Shown piece by piece: positions 24,780-39,458 of a DNA stretch of 64,000 nucleotides (positions are counted from its first letter, which is position 1; every line of letters begins with the position of its first letter). Below the pieces are notes generated by a model. That model was not told where the DNA came from. It saw only the letters and a list, made by a program, of their open reading frames with translations, and made no database searches. The translations under genes and the position numbers were made by a program. The DNA is from Antedon mediterranea (Eukaryota > Animalia > Echinodermata), in contig NC_092678.1 of assembly GCF_964355755.1 (NCBI RefSeq), forward strand, positions 16,101,881-16,165,880. The letters are read 5' to 3'.

Positions 24780-27480
24780 TTTAGGCGGTCGTTTCTTAAA
24801 CTAAAGCATTTTCTAAAACATTAAAATAAAATTATTTCTCTTGATATGGCCATTCCTTAAGTTAATACTTTTTTCAAAGTATATAAAAAACAGTCTTAAT
24901 TCTCTTTTATTTCTAAATACATAATTCAAATAGGTATATATATTTTGATTTTTGATTTTAATGTATTTCTGTCTCTCAGATTGATATATAAAGGACAGCT
25001 AAATAAAAAATGCAATTTGTCTTCAATTTCACCAGTATTACAAAATAAATAGATTCTATTTTCTCTAATTATTTTAAAATGTCTTCCCTTCTCAATAAAT
25101 AAATTATGTGTTGATAAACGAAATCTTGATAAAAGTGTCCTGAACTTAAAATTTAAATCATGTAAATAGTCATCTGTAACATAATCAGCTTTACAATCAT
25201 TATAAAATCGCAAACGTGGGTTTTGTTGGAGACTGTCTCTTTCTTTATGTAAATCTGTATCGTATACCATCTGGCTGAAATTATGTAAGAAATTATTATT
25301 TATATAATTTAAATAAAAAATATAATTAAATCCGTAATAGTTAAGAATATATTAATGACTACTAATATAGTGAGTGAGTGGCCGAGCGGTTAAGACAGTG
25401 GAACCGTAATTACGTAGCCATAACATCGGCAGGGGTTCGAGGCTCACTCACTCCATGGTTCTGGTGGTAGAACGAGTCTTCTCGGATAAGGACTATAAAC
25501 CATAGGTCCAGTGTACACATCTAGCTCGTGTGCACTTTAAAGAACCTAGTACATCTTTCGAGACGAGTAGGGGGTTACCCCGGTGTATTAGTACATCACA
25601 GCCACTGATCACCAACTGGGCACTCTGGGAGACCAGTCTTTGACTAAAGAGGTTACCCAGTATAAATATAAATTTCAATTCAATATTTAACATTAAGTGC
25701 CCAGCAGTCGCTTCCGTTCTCGGCCCAGGTCTTTTGTTGAAGAAGACATATTTTTGATAGTCTTGTGTCTTCCATCATTAATATTTTAATCCAGTAACTT
25801 ATCATTCTAATAATGTCTGTAATACTGTAATTGGATATGGCCTACTTCACTTCTGGCCGCCTCGTTGGGACACGACTGTTGGACATTTAATGTATATTTA
25901 CAATGGTTAAGATGGATATTTTCAATTTCTTTTCCTTCTATATGCCCCCATATTTCGCATCCATATAAGATAATAGCGAGGATCTTTGTCTCAAATAGCT
26001 TTTCCTTAATTTTAACAGAATTGTAACCTAAATCAGATAATTTCCTTCTTAAATTAAACATGGCTCTTTTTGTCTTGTTTATTGTGACCTTTTCCATGGT
26101 GTTCCATTTACCTTGGCTGTTAATGGTGAAACCTAAATATTTAAAATTATTTACAATTTCTATATAATTTCCATTTAGCGAAAATTTATCATTGTTACTT
26201 ATTTTTCCTCCTTTTCTGAAAACCAATATTTTTGTTTTTACATTATTGATATTGAGGCTAATTTCTGTGCAATATTTCTGTAATTGATCTATTTGTTTTT
26301 GAATTCCGATTTTAGAATATGACATGAGCATAAGGTCATCTGCATATATTAAGTGCGAGATAACTGTTGTACCTATTGAACAGAAATGTAAATCATTTTC
26401 AAATAAAAATTGTTTTAGGTCATAAAGAAACATAATAAATAATATGGGCAATAGGAGACAGCCTTGTTTAAGTCCTCTGGTGCTTTTAAAACTATTTGTT
26501 AGTCCATGTTGTGTTTTAATTTTAATATTTACATCCTTATATATTGCTCTTATAATATTATATTAATATATAAAGGAAGACCCATTTGTTTAAGTTTAGT
26601 AAATAAAATATTTCTACTAATACTATCAAACGCTTGCTTGAAATCAACAAATACACAATAAAGTTTTCCCCTTTTCTTATTTAAGGCCTTTTTAACTAAA
26701 GTGTCTAAAATGAACATGTTATCGGTTGTGCTGTATCCCTTTCTGAACCCTGCTTGTTCTTCTGGTATAATATCATTTTGCTCTACCCATTCTCTGATTC
26801 GTTTTTCTATAATCCATGTAAATGTTTTGCTAAAAATAGGTAATAAAGTAATGGGTCTGTAATAGTTTACGTTATTTGGGTCATTCCCTTTGTAGATGGG
26901 AACTAAAATTCCAATTGTCCAACTGTCTGGATATTTACTAGATTTAATAATAAAATTAAAAATATTAGTAATTATTTGTAAAATATATAGTAGGTAAGGG
27001 TCTTAAAAATATTAGGTGTTAAACCATCAATTCCCGATGATTTATTTAATTTAAAATATTTAATGCTGTCTATAACTTCTAATATTATAATCAGGGGGGT
27101 ATTATTCTGAGTTAGAGCTGGATTTTCTATTAAGGGTGGCTCGTTGCTTCAAACTGATTTATTGAATACCGATTTGAAGTAGTCATATCAATTTTTACAC
27201 TTTATAGAAATATTGCTTAATAATTTCTTTGAGTCTTTAAACATGTCCCAAAATCTTTTTTCGTTTCTGTGTAAAGCTGTTTTTCTCCTCATCTCTTTCA
27301 AATATTCTATGTTTATTTTTAATTAGGTTTTTATAGACTATTTTGCTTTCTACATATTCTTTATTCGCATAATGGAACGTGTCATTATCGAACCATGGCT
27401 TGTCTACGTTTGGTCTATTGTTATTGCTAATGAATATGCATGATTTAACCTTCTTTTCAAACTTTAGCAAGAATGCACTG
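24780..27480 (-). mobile_element. Degenerate non-LTR retrotransposon ORF2 (RT + C-terminal Cys/His motif), CR1/L2-group-like
   Basis: YRPITLL, QAGFRKGYSTTDNMF, FVDFKQAFD, QGCLL, LIYADD, FKYLG, and CNTGEIEDKLHFLFSCPLY; many frameshifts. Confidence 0.88.
25370..25686 (+). mobile_element. tRNA-derived SINE with a Deu/Nin-like central domain, inserted in the LINE
   Basis: A box TGGCCGAGCGG, B box GGTTCGAGGC; core TCGGATAAGGACTATAAACC...AAAGAACC...GAGTAGGGGGTTACCCCGGTGT resembles the DeuSINE domain as recalled; (TTCAA) tail. Confidence 0.75.
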
Positions 27481-27499
27481 TGAGATCTGTTACGGAGTT

Positions 27500-28610
27500 T
27501 TCACTCGTGTTCGAATCTGCTTCTATGTTATTAATGGTTTCTTAAATGGATTATTAAAAAAAGAATACAATGAGTCTTGAATGAAGAAATGACTATTGAA
27601 AAAAATATCAACATTTGCATTGGACTCACATAAATAGTTATACAAAGAAGGAAAGCGTGTCTGAAACCGCTTTTTCGAGACATTTACTCTATTAAACGGA
27701 ACATAGAAAGTGGACTTGACTCTAGTTTTACGAGAAAGAGCATGTAAACTTAAAAGAGAGCAACAGTCGCAACTAAACAAACAATTGACACTCTTATAAA
27801 GAAACATCAAATCAGACACACTTCTTCTAAACTTAAGAGGTTCAAGACAATTAACAAAGAAACCTAACAAACTTATTTTGAACACGTAGGCGCCTTGTAG
27901 CATGAATATCAGAAATGGAATTAAAAGTAACAGAGGATAATTCTAAATTAGGCCTAACAAGCGTTTTTTACCAATTAACAAGGGGTTTAGGGTAGCTAAT
28001 TCCCCTACATTGCCTCCAAATGAAGCCAACCATTTTATTACTCTTACTAACAATGTGGTCAATGTGCTTGGAAAATAAAGTTTGGAATCGAAGAATATTC
28101 CCAGATCCTTATGGTATTGAACTTTGTCCAAGTTCTAATTATTTATTTGATAAGTAAACGAAATGGGTTTTGATTTAAGAGTCATTGACTTACATTTGGA
28201 GACATTTAGTTTCATACCCCAAGATTTAGACCACTGCACTAGACCATACATTACCTAGCATAGCATTAATACTGTATCGTCGTTAGAAGAAAATAATACG
28301 GTATAATTTAATATCATCCGCAAATAAAAGAAACTTGGAAAATTTAGCAATTGTGGTTAAATCGTTAATAAAAAGTTAAATAATAAAGGACCAACACTGA
28401 GCCCTGTGGAACACCTGAAAGAATAGGTAACCAACCTGGACTATTGACCCATAACAAGAACTCTCTGCTACCTTCCACTCACGTAAGATGATGGTAGCTG
28501 GTGTAGTTTGCCAGTGATACCAAATGTGTTCAAACTTGTAGAGAAGGAACTCATGTGACAACCCGTCAAAAGCGCGTGAGGAATCTGTATAAACAACATC
28601 ACATGCTGTT
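27500..28610 (-). mobile_element. Second degenerate LINE RT fragment (CR1-like)
   Basis: VYTDSSRAFD, SGVPQGSVL, LLFADDIKL, KDLGIFFDSKL on the minus strand. Confidence 0.8.
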
Positions 28611-28985
28611 CAGGGCCTGGATTTTTTTCTACGTCGTCTCCGTCAATAATATTATGTTGAATGCGGCTGTATGGTTGGAGTAGTACGAAACGGGTCTCTT
28701 TGCAAATTTAAGTTTACTGACGACAGGATCAAGTTTGTAGTTAACTGGATGATCAAATTGAATCAGTAAGCTTGAGCTATCACGATAGAAGATAGCAATT
28801 GTAGTGCAATTAATTGTTAGTTAAAACAATTGTTAGTTAAAACAAAGGGCCGAGCTCACTAAGCAGGAAATCCTTGGTGAGGATTGTTTATTTGAGAAAG
28901 TCGGTATTTTGTTTTGCGTGCAAGTTACAAGCCACGATAAAAAGCACACTTTGGGTGGGAAGGCAAATTCAATGCTTATTATAGC

Positions 28986-30308
28986 CAGGGGCAGACCCAG
29001 AGGTGTTGCCCTAGTGGCCCGGGCAACACCCTTAATTTCATACTAAATGTTGTTTCTGCTACAAAATTAAAATTAAGTCCAATTTTATCGTATACAATAT
29101 CCACCCGGACCCGGAACTTGATAGGTTTAGTCATAAAGTAGTTTCAGAGTTGCAGGGAATGTTATGGAAAGGAGGAGTAATTTGCTAGCGCCAACGAATG
29201 TAACGGCCTTCACAACCAAAATATTTCTTTGTACAGTAACAACATTTATTTTAAATGGAACGGTACAAAAATCATCCGCTTCATCACTGAATTAATACCT
29301 AATAACCAGACAAGGATGTATCTTTGTTACATTTTACTTTCAATCCATTTTTCATATCACGCAATCCACTTTTCAACAATATAGTAGTATAACAACATTT
29401 TGATTGAATAGTCAGTTATTCGTTACAGTTTTGACTTTGAATAAACCATGAACGACAGAACAGATCTTTCCTATCTAAGCTCGTGTATGTAGGTAGCCTA
29501 CTACGTCATTCACAAATTACCCACGCATAGAAGTTTTATGCTCGCGTCATCACAGATTACCTCTAATGGATCAAGCATTCACACATGAAAATGAAATGAA
29601 AATTCATCGACAAACGGAATATAGCCTATATTCATTAGGCGTATTGCCAAGGCTAATAATCGATTTGTCCATAATTATTGCAATTGTTAGGCCAAATCAT
29701 AATTGGAACCGTCTTATACCAGTAGCAGAGCAAATTTTGCTTCTTTCTGCAAATGTCCTATCATTACTTTCTTTGTTTTATTTTGTAGTGTGGTTTAAAC
29801 AACACTTTTGTAAAGTTTATAGTGGATAAATAAAAATGAATTTTTAAAAATTGTGGTTTTAACATCTGACTTTATTTAGCATTTAATTCAAAATAATAAA
29901 ATTTAATTAATTAATATATTTATAGTAACAGCTTCATATTTTCTGTATAACTTTTTAAAATTGTTAATTGATAATTAATTTAAATTAATTGCGTACAGTT
30001 ATTAGAATGTATTGCCGTACAAAAGTACCTTCATGGGGAACTTCCTTCCCCGTGACGTTCGCATTGAACGAAAAAAAAAAATGTTATCCTATATTGTTAG
30101 TCGCGTATGTTTTATTACCGGCGGAATAATATAGGCTACAATCATTTGTTTGTTAGCGACGTTTCCGGCGAAGTACAGGTTTATCATAAATATTACGTGC
30201 GAGAATATCATTTGCGGCCATCTGGGGATGTCATTTAACAATTTGCTTGCTCAAATACTCAGTCAGTCTTTGGGTAACCCTCTTAAAATAGTCCTGCGAC
30301 CGCCCCTG
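28986..30308 (+). mobile_element. Non-autonomous TIR element with an apparent 5-bp TSD
   Basis: CAGGGGCAG...CCGCCCCTG termini; ATAGC at 28981-28985 and 30309-30313. Confidence 0.7.
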
Positions 30309-32149
30309 ATAGCTCTATCTATATTTAGTTACAGCAATTTGTTGAGAAAACTAAATACTACCAATGTAAATAGATAGGTGGTATTGATACAGTTGGGTAG
30401 GCCTACGTATTGGCTGGTGGCCTAGAAAAAAATAATCGAATGCTATAATGTAAACTACAGTAGGCCTACATGATACCAGTGTAAAATATTAAATCCACTA
30501 TAATCCTCTATAATGATGATACACTACTTCATAGCCACACATAAATATTGTATGTAACCGCAGCGTTCCATTTTTTGTACGTCGAAAGGCTATATACTTT
30601 ATGCATGCTGACTGCCAGTGATCTAAACAATAGGTACGCGGTTGTCTAGCTCTGTCCTTTGTACGATTCGTTTGTGCCCTAGCTCACGATAAAGGCGTCA
30701 ATATCATGTGGCATCCTGTGACCAAAAATTCGTATAATTTTTCAGGTGAAAATCGGCAACCAATTAATTTGTAACTCTTACAAATTTACAGACACACGTA
30801 TGGCTAGACGTAGCCTACGCTCATAAGGTATTATATAAGGAGTTATTCACAAACGAGTTTACGAATTTTTCAATTTATTTACAAATAACCTTTTGTGGGG
30901 TACGTATTTGGAGGATTTTCAGAGATGAAATGTCTCGTACTTGATTATGTGATGATGTAAGTTAATACAAATGAATATACACTGCAATGGAATCGGTGCA
31001 ATACTTCTAGACATGTATCACATTATTATTCTGTTTTTGGATCCCTTTTGTTTTTAAATGAATATTGGTGGAATTATACCTACTGCCTATTGCGTAAAAA
31101 ACGGCAAAACTAACAAACTGCATCGGGTTTCGTATAATTATTATTAATGCCATATTATTATAACCATCCATACAAGTCTGATAAAAGTATGACGAGTGAG
31201 GGCGCACTTTATTTTATGTAAGGTCATTTTTATTTGTACATTTTTAAACACATATCTGTATATATTTTAGTTGTTTTGGTTTTTTTTTATTTAATATATT
31301 ACACAGAGGCTCCTTACAAGGTGGAACCACCTTAGCTTCAAGGCGCCTCAGTTAATAAATACAACATTTTAAAACAAACAAAAAACTGACAGAAACAGCA
31401 ATCAAATCTTCCAGCAGAATTAACAAGAAATTGTTGTACATAATAAAACAATAAAGCATTTTCACAATTCGAAAGAAGATCGGAACCAAAAATAAAAATT
31501 ACACTTACAAAATTAAAATTATACGTAAATTAAAATTATACGTTAAAGAAAAATCCTTGGCTAAGATATCCTCAATAATCGAGTTAGCCGAATTGTAAAT
31601 TTAGATTATTGAAGTTTAAACTAACATAGTTATCTAAAATGTTTACGTGTAAAAAGTATATATTTCATATTTTTAGCATTGAATGTTACATTCCATTTTT
31701 TTCCCAATTAAAAACGACATTCAGATCACCATTTAATTTTTGTTCTGAAATATTACGATCTGTACAAATATCATATAACGAAGTATCATCTGCATGTAAA
31801 CTAATATTATATTTGATATTATCAACCATATCATTTATAATTACAATAAATAAAAATGGACCCAAAACAGATCCTTAGGGTACTCCTGCTATAATGGTCA
31901 CCCAAGGAATGGTACTTCCTTCAATAATAACACGTTGTTCACCTGAGTTTATAACTTTGGAACCATTTTAGAAGAGTGCCATTAATTCCATATTGAATTA
32001 ATTTGTATAATTTCATTATGCTAAACATTATCGAAGGCTTTGAAAATATCCAAAAATACCGAGACTACTTCTTTCCTTAGATCTAAAGCTCTAATAAATG
32101 TATCTATAAGATAAAGAAGTTGATACGTTGTCGAGTCACCTGGTGTAAA

Positions 32150-32878
32150 ATTCAATTCAATTCACTTTTATTTCAGAACAAAGTCCATATCATAACACAT
32201 AACAATATTCTAATAAATAAATATAAGTAAGTAAAAATATCTATACCACATGTCGCACATAATAATGCCGTCGGAAAACCATCGATTTTCAACTGGAGTA
32301 AAATAACATTATAATGGCTATACTGATACAAGTTAACTATACGTAAAATATACATGATATTATGTATATAGAAGTTCAATCTATTTTCTGTGCAACTTAA
32401 AATCCTTTAGAATTCGAGAAAAAAACACAAGTTATTAAAGTATTACAGCTTTTTTCAATTTTTGTTTTGAAACAAAAAATATATTTCCGAATGTACTCAT
32501 AGAAGAAGGGAAGATGGTTATCAACAAACATTGCACTAGCACTACAGCTCCTTGAGCGTTTTAAAATCTTTCTAAATGCGTTATTATAACAGACCTGTAA
32601 TGACTTCATAGTTTTTACATTAAAATCAAACCATAAGGCCGCACAATACATACTAATACAGTATGACTTAAACAAAGTAATCTTAACATTCGTTGAGCAT
32701 TTACTAAATTTTCTACAAAGAGTGTTACTAGCATACTTAATGATCGATACTGCCTTTTAATATCCAGTTCGTCCCAGTATCATTACTGATAACACAACCA
32801 AGGTATATAGTGGATTGAACGTAATTTAGTTCTTTACCACATAGAACAGTTACATAATTACCATTCAGTTTTCTTGTC
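32150..32878 (-). mobile_element. LINE 3' fragment nested in the CR1-type LINE
   Basis: FKSYCISMYCAALW...CSASAMFV; AATAAA + (GAATT)n tail at 32150-32172; same family as 18075. Confidence 0.7.
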
Positions 32879-33449
32879 CTAGGGCAAAAGCAGATTGAAA
32901 TTGAAGAAGAGGTTTATTTGCATATCAAAAACTGCACGCTCAAAAATGTTTGCAAAGTTGGAAAGTATAGAAATAGGGCAGTAGTTCTCAATAAGGGATG
33001 TATTGCCTTTTTTATATAGAGGAATGACATTTGATTTTTTCCATTCCACAGGAAAGTATCCTTGGCTTATGCACAATTTATAAAGCTTTGTCAAATGGGG
33101 TGCAATAATTTCAGCAGATTTTTTTAGTATGATACTGTGAATTTCATCAGGTCCCACCGCCTTGTTTTTATTCAGCATCGTTATTAATTTCATGATCTTA
33201 TCAGCAGATAATTTTAGAGTCTCGATGTAGTTCTATACGTGAATTCCGAAGGAAAATCATCATGATTAGGAATAAACTATTTACATTTAAAATAATTGTT
33301 ACAAGTTTTAACTTTCTCACTATTTAAAGTTAGTACATCATCGTTTAAATTGATTGGAGGAATCTTATAAATTACAAACTGAATTTATGGTAGACCACCA
33401 AGTTTTTGAATCACAGTTTTTATACTTTAATAAATCAAATTGTTTATCC

Positions 33450-33578
33450 AACAAGGCTAACAGCCATGAGTCGCGTGCTAAAACGAATAGTGATACCGGA
33501 CCGACAGACAGACCGACAGACCAACAGACCGACCGACCGACATAGTAAACTATAGAGTCGCGTCCACGCCACTAAAAA
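33450..33578 (-). mobile_element. HINE/DINE-1-like copy
   Basis: Reverse complement of 20493-20617; interrupts the LINE ORF. Confidence 0.78.
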
Positions 33579-34659
33579 GGTTTGTTTAGCTTTTCTTATT
33601 GCTTTAACAACTTTTGCGCGAATTTTCTTAAAACGTTGAATATGCAAATTTGAATTATTTCGAGTGGAATGGGCACGATTTCTTTTGGGAATAAGAGTTA
33701 TAATTATGTGCATCAATCCAAGGCTTGTCATTAGGACGCACAGTTATAATCTTAGATATAATATAGTTATCTTCAACCTTTGAAGATAAATAAACTTCTT
33801 CTCAATTTACAGAATTAAGAGCATTACGAAATAAATTAAAATAATTTTTCTCAAAAAAATATATTTTACGATTGTATGGCTTGTCCCGTGTGATACGAAT
33901 ATCAATATTTGCATATACTGGACTGTAATCACAATTTAAAAGAGGGCACAATGCACCAAAATCATTAATATATATACATTTTTACTAGTAACTATATGGT
34001 CAATACAAGACCGTTGGTTTTTTTATACGTGTTGGCATATTAATGTGTTGAGTTAAACAGTTTTGTTGTACAAATTCGTAAAATGATTTTCCAAATCTAT
34101 TTGTGTTACCATTATTGTACCAGTTATTATTTTGAGCATTCATATCGCCCATCATTAAAGTTAAGCTGTGTCGAAACAAAACAAAGTTATTAGTACTGTT
34201 TTGAAAATAGTCAAGTAGATCCTGATCAGATTGAACATCACTTTGTGGTGGCCTATAACATACATAAGTCAAAATCATCCAGTTTGAAACTTGTATTTCA
34301 CACATTATCACATCTGACAAGAGATCAGTACAAATATGGGAATTAACTAAGTGTATAGAATTAGATGTGTAAAGAGCACATCCGCCGCCATGCCGGTTTC
34401 TATCATTTCATTGTTCAGAATAGTTTGATCTAGCCATGTTTCTGTTAAGGTAATAATATCACAGTTATTTGAATTTCCAATGTGTTGGAATTTCAGCTAG
34501 TTTACCTGGAACGATTAGACTACGTATACAGCAAAATTTCAAATTCTTAGCAGGAAAAAAAATTCTTGTTTAAAGATTTACTTCTTGTAATAAGTAATTT
34601 TCTTCTTGTCAAGATTTAAAATTACTTAAAACAAGAAAAATTGTACTAAGACAGAAACA

Positions 34660-37600
34660 GTTTCTTGAATTAAGTCTCGCAATTTTACTTATTTTAAGAA
34701 ATATTTTACTTAAAATAAGATGTTAATATTATATTATCCTAAACAAGAATATTTTTCCTGAATCAAGAATCGCGATATTCTTGTAAATACTTATTTTGAG
34801 AAATATTTTACTTAAAATAAGATGTTAATATCATAATATCCTTATCAAGAATATTTTGCTTGAATCAAGAATCGCGATATTCTTGTAAATACTTATTAGA
34901 TGAGAATGAGATTGGGTATTTTTTGTCTATACAATTTTCTCTCATTTGCGTTACTCTAGACTCACTACAAATAGGACTATATTCAACTTCATTCAGTATA
35001 CTTCGTTCAATTGCACATGCAAGTAGACATCTTCGACAAGTGCTCAAAAGTGGATTGTAAAATAATATAAATATACAGTTAACTTGAACAAATTTATAAA
35101 TGTTATGTATTTAACAAGTCAATAACTATAATTCCTGACATTTTTTTGATAAATCTTCTATTAAGCAGAATAGAAACATATATATTCTGAACAATCTGAC
35201 ACCAAAATGAACTTTCCACTCCAACCCAATAATGAGATATGGAAATTTGCCTGAAAAAACATGTCAAAGGTCAAATATGGTATTTATGGTCATTATTTGA
35301 GAAAAAACTTTATTATAGTAAATATAAATGTTTATGTTCTGAACATTTTGACACCAAAATTAACTCTCTATGACAAGTAGTTTTATGGATATCAAAATGT
35401 ATTAACCGTAACAAGGTTGGTAATTACACCGTAACAAGGTTGGTAATTACACCGTAACGGTCAAAGGCAAAACTGAGTACTTCCGGTCATTTTTGGATAA
35501 AATGTTTCATTAAATTAAATAGTAACATATATATTCTGAACAATTTGACACTTAAATAAACTGTCTGTGACAACTATTTACTGAGATATGGCAATGCCTT
35601 AAAATATGGGTCAAAGGTTAAAACTGGTACTTCCGGTCATTTTTTTCAAAAATCCTTCATTACAGTAAATAGGAATGTTTATGTTCTGAACATTTTGGGC
35701 TAAAAATCAACTCCCTATGACCAATATTTTTAGAGATATAGACTGTTTAAGCGAAAATGTCCGCCATTTTAAATTATGCAAATTAGGTGACCCAATGGGT
35801 CATTTTGCTTGGCGCCCATCAAAAATTGAATTTGTATAGGGTGGGCAACCTGTATACCAAATTTGGTGCTTTTGGAAGAAACTGAACCAAACACCCTTAT
35901 TTCAGCCCTAACAGACTCCACTATATCAAGAATAGATTTGCTTGAATCAAGAATCGCGATATTCTTGTAAATACTTATTTTGAGAAATATTTTACTTAAA
36001 ATAAGATGTTAATATCATAATATCCTTATCAAGAATATTTTTCTTAAATCAAGAATCGCAATATTCTTGTAAATAAATATTTTGAGAGATATTTTACTTA
36101 AAATAAGATGTTAATATTATATTATCCTAAACAAGAATATTTTTCTTGAATCAAGAATCGCGATATTCTTGTAAATACTTATTTTGAGAAATATTTTACT
36201 TAAAATAAGATGTTAATATCATAATATCCTTATCAAGAATATTTTTGCTTGAATCAAGAATCGCGATATTCTTGTAAATACTTATTTTAATGAATATTTT
36301 ACTTAAAATAAGATGTTAATATCATACTATTCTTATCAAGAATATTTTTCTTAAATCAAAAATCGCAAACTTTTTATAAATACTTTAATATTTTGACAAA
36401 AATTTACTTAAATTATTATAACTAGATGGTACGCTCGCTTCGCTCGCGTACCATCTAGGTCGTGCCCACAGATGGTTCTCGAATACACAGTAATTTCAGC
36501 GTAAAAAAATGCTTTTTTTAATGTATGTACTGCAGGACGATAATAGTTATTATTGTTTACAGAAACGAATAAATAGACACGATGATTTATGTATTAAACT
36601 GAAATTAGCACACTGGGAATTACTTCCGAAAGAGAAACTTGTCACAAAATGAGTCCAAATTTGTTATTTGGACTCATTTAAACAAACCCAATTTGTGTTT
36701 TGTGTGTAACATTAGTTTTGAGGGATAGGGAAGAGGATATGGGTACAAAGAAGAACAATGTTTTAATATATTATTTATCTACTCAGTAACGAAATATGTT
36801 TTTCACTTTGATAGGCCTATAAATAATATACCACTTGATACAGTAACACATTTGCGATTTAATACTTTGTTAAACTGTCACTGTTACAGTCCATTGAAAT
36901 AGCATGTACATGTAACGATACACGTACCACTACAACGTTTATATTCTTTGTAATTATTAATTAATACAAACGTTGAGAAGCAACTGTCAGTAGTACAGTT
37001 TATTTGTATATTGTACGTTTTATATAACAGTAGGGCCTACTCACAGGCCTATAAATAATATACCACTTGATACAGTAACACATTTGCGACTTAATACTTT
37101 GTTAAAACTGTCACTGTCATAGTCGATTGAAATAGCATAGTACATGTAACGATACACGTACCACTACAACGTTTATATTCTTTGTAATTATTAATTAATA
37201 CGTTGAGAAGCAACTGTCAGTACTACAGTTTATTTGTATATTGTACGTTCTATATAACAGTAGGGCCTACACTCACAGTAATACGTTTATTTGTACATGA
37301 TTGTGTTATACATCTACCAGTACCCACACTCACAGTAAATTCAATGGCGACCACAAGTTAATACGTATTTACAGTAATGTCCAAGTATTGCAATACTTAT
37401 CTATATATAGGTTTTAGGTTAATTTTCCAAGGGCCAATAAATTTACCTACAGCTGGTGGTACTTGTGTTAAAGCAAAGAGTTATTATTGGAATGTCCATT
37501 CATCGGAAATCAATACATTTGTATAAATGTATATTAAATCTATCAAAATAGTATGTTTTTAAGAAAATAAGTCTGTCTTCAACATTATGATGCTGTACTC

Positions 37601-37982
37601 GAGCTGTTCAACCGGTTTTCATCCATTAAAAACAATTATCGTAGGAGGAGATAGGAAAATGCGAAGCATCCTCGTATTATTGTATGCGGGTATTTTTCAA
37701 GATAGACATGCATTGGACAGTGTATACCACGATCGGAAAACACCCCTATTTGGAGCAAATCGTTGAACCTAAATTCGTTTTAATCGTCAATAACTAATTA
37801 TCGAACTCCATTTAATTAGTAAACAGGGTTACATCAGGTGGTTAAAATCAGTATCGAAAGGACGAACCAACTTTATATACCATCGAGTAAACATTCTAGA
37901 AGTAAGGCGCAATTTACCGAATTTTGCCCTTACGTAAATTTATATATAGATTATCATAACAAGACTGTTTTGCTTGAATCAA
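34660..37982. repeat. ~102-bp tandem repeat array (34660-34897, 35925-36415, 37951-37982) broken by two insertions
   Basis: Unit TTGAATCAAGAATCGCGATATTCTTGTAAATACTTATTTTGAG... recurs at 35942, 36044, 36146, 36249. Confidence 0.9.
36422..37950 (-). mobile_element. Non-autonomous Helitron
   Basis: Minus strand starts A|TCTATATATA and ends with a GC-rich hairpin and CTAG|T; no TSD; internal ~232-bp tandem duplication; second copy at 53675-54825. Confidence 0.82.
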
Positions 37983-39458
37983 CATTTCACATTAGAACAC
38001 AAAACAAATACAGTAAAAAAAGATGATCGGTAATAATTTATTAATTAAATGTGTTTATAGACTATAAATAATGAATACAAGTAAATGGCCTCCAATCTAA
38101 AAAGTGCTATATCCCCCAAGGATCAATTTTACGACCACACTTAATTTATACACTATGGTCGTGTTTATACAACACCCTAAATTTGAACACGGCTTTAATT
38201 TTTAGCGTGTTGTTCGGACCGAGGTCAACCCACCTTAACGTTTGCTGTTATACGAGAAATCACGATACCGTGTTGTACCGGAAGTTTCATCAACACGCAG
38301 TGCATGCTAGGATAAAAGGTCAAATCGTTGATCGCTTGAATTGGCGGAGTTGTCAACAATCATCGTCGCCTCCTCGCTGTATGTCCGATGTATTCGCGCG
38401 GTTTTTACCATTTTCATTATTGTCTTCGTTCACGTTTGCATTGTGTTTATTTTGTTCTCGTTTCATTTAAATTAATAAAAGTTATTTTAAGGGTTTCATT
38501 GTTTCATCTATACACTCTATACACTATGGAAGAAGATGCCATTTTTGCGATGTTATTTTTTATTCTGTTTGGAGTGGGAAATGATAGAGGCCTACTACCA
38601 CTACGAGTTGGCCCCACTAGGCTAGGCGTAAGACGTGGTAGGAGGATGATTGCTGGCAGCGAAGCAGCAATAAATGGGCCCAATCTTGTTAGCAACGTCG
38701 CATGACATGATTGATATTACGACCTGTTTTAACGAGAGGTCAAAATATACCCTGAGGACACTTCCAACACGGTAACGGCGACCGGGAATCCACCAAATTT
38801 TAGGATTCAGCCAAGTAGCCTTTTTTGCAATTAAAATCTCATTACACGGAATCTCTTTGTTGTTATACAACACACTTCTCGTAGGCGTGTAGAATATGCG
38901 TGTAATAGCGTGTTGTATAAACAACAAAGTCAAACAATCTACAAAGGCATGTAAATAGTGTACAGATAATAGTATTTGTGTTACGCTAGCGACCGGACAG
39001 GACAACAAACAAACACAGATAAACCATCATTGGATGGAAATGTCATTTATTAAAATGACGAATATTAAAACGTGTATATTGGTAAAACATAGATGACACA
39101 TCACTTAGTATAAAACTTAATTATATTACATAATATAAAATGGGTCACGCCCTATACGTTATGTCATCTGAAACATAAATCAAATACTGCATAACGGATA
39201 TCAGTAATCAGAATATTTAAACAAAGTATAAATCAAAGTATTAAACTCTACTTACTAAACAGTACTTAATATTAGGTTAACACATTTGACTTAAGCATCA
39301 AATATATACATCTATAAATCTACTTGAGTCTGATTAAAATACAATAAAATATGAAATTGGCTGTATATAAGACATGAGTCTGGGTGTCAGCGCCAAAAAC
39401 CCAGCCTTGGATGGGTTCCCACCCAGACCAAACAAAAACCACGGACCAGACCTGCCCC

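Larger units (their letters stand above)
31560..34526 (-). mobile_element. Degenerate CR1-type LINE ORF2 (APE endonuclease + RT), interrupted by other repeats
   Basis: ITLTETWL, GGGCALY, CYRPP, MGDMNA, PTR (endonuclease); KAVGPDEI, VFLDIFKAFD, GVP*GSVLGPFLF, HADDTSL (RT). Confidence 0.88.

Noticed and set aside
38140-39010. Possible TIR element with GTTTATACAACAC repeats and short ORFs
   Set aside because: Could not define termini, TSD or a recognisable protein motif.
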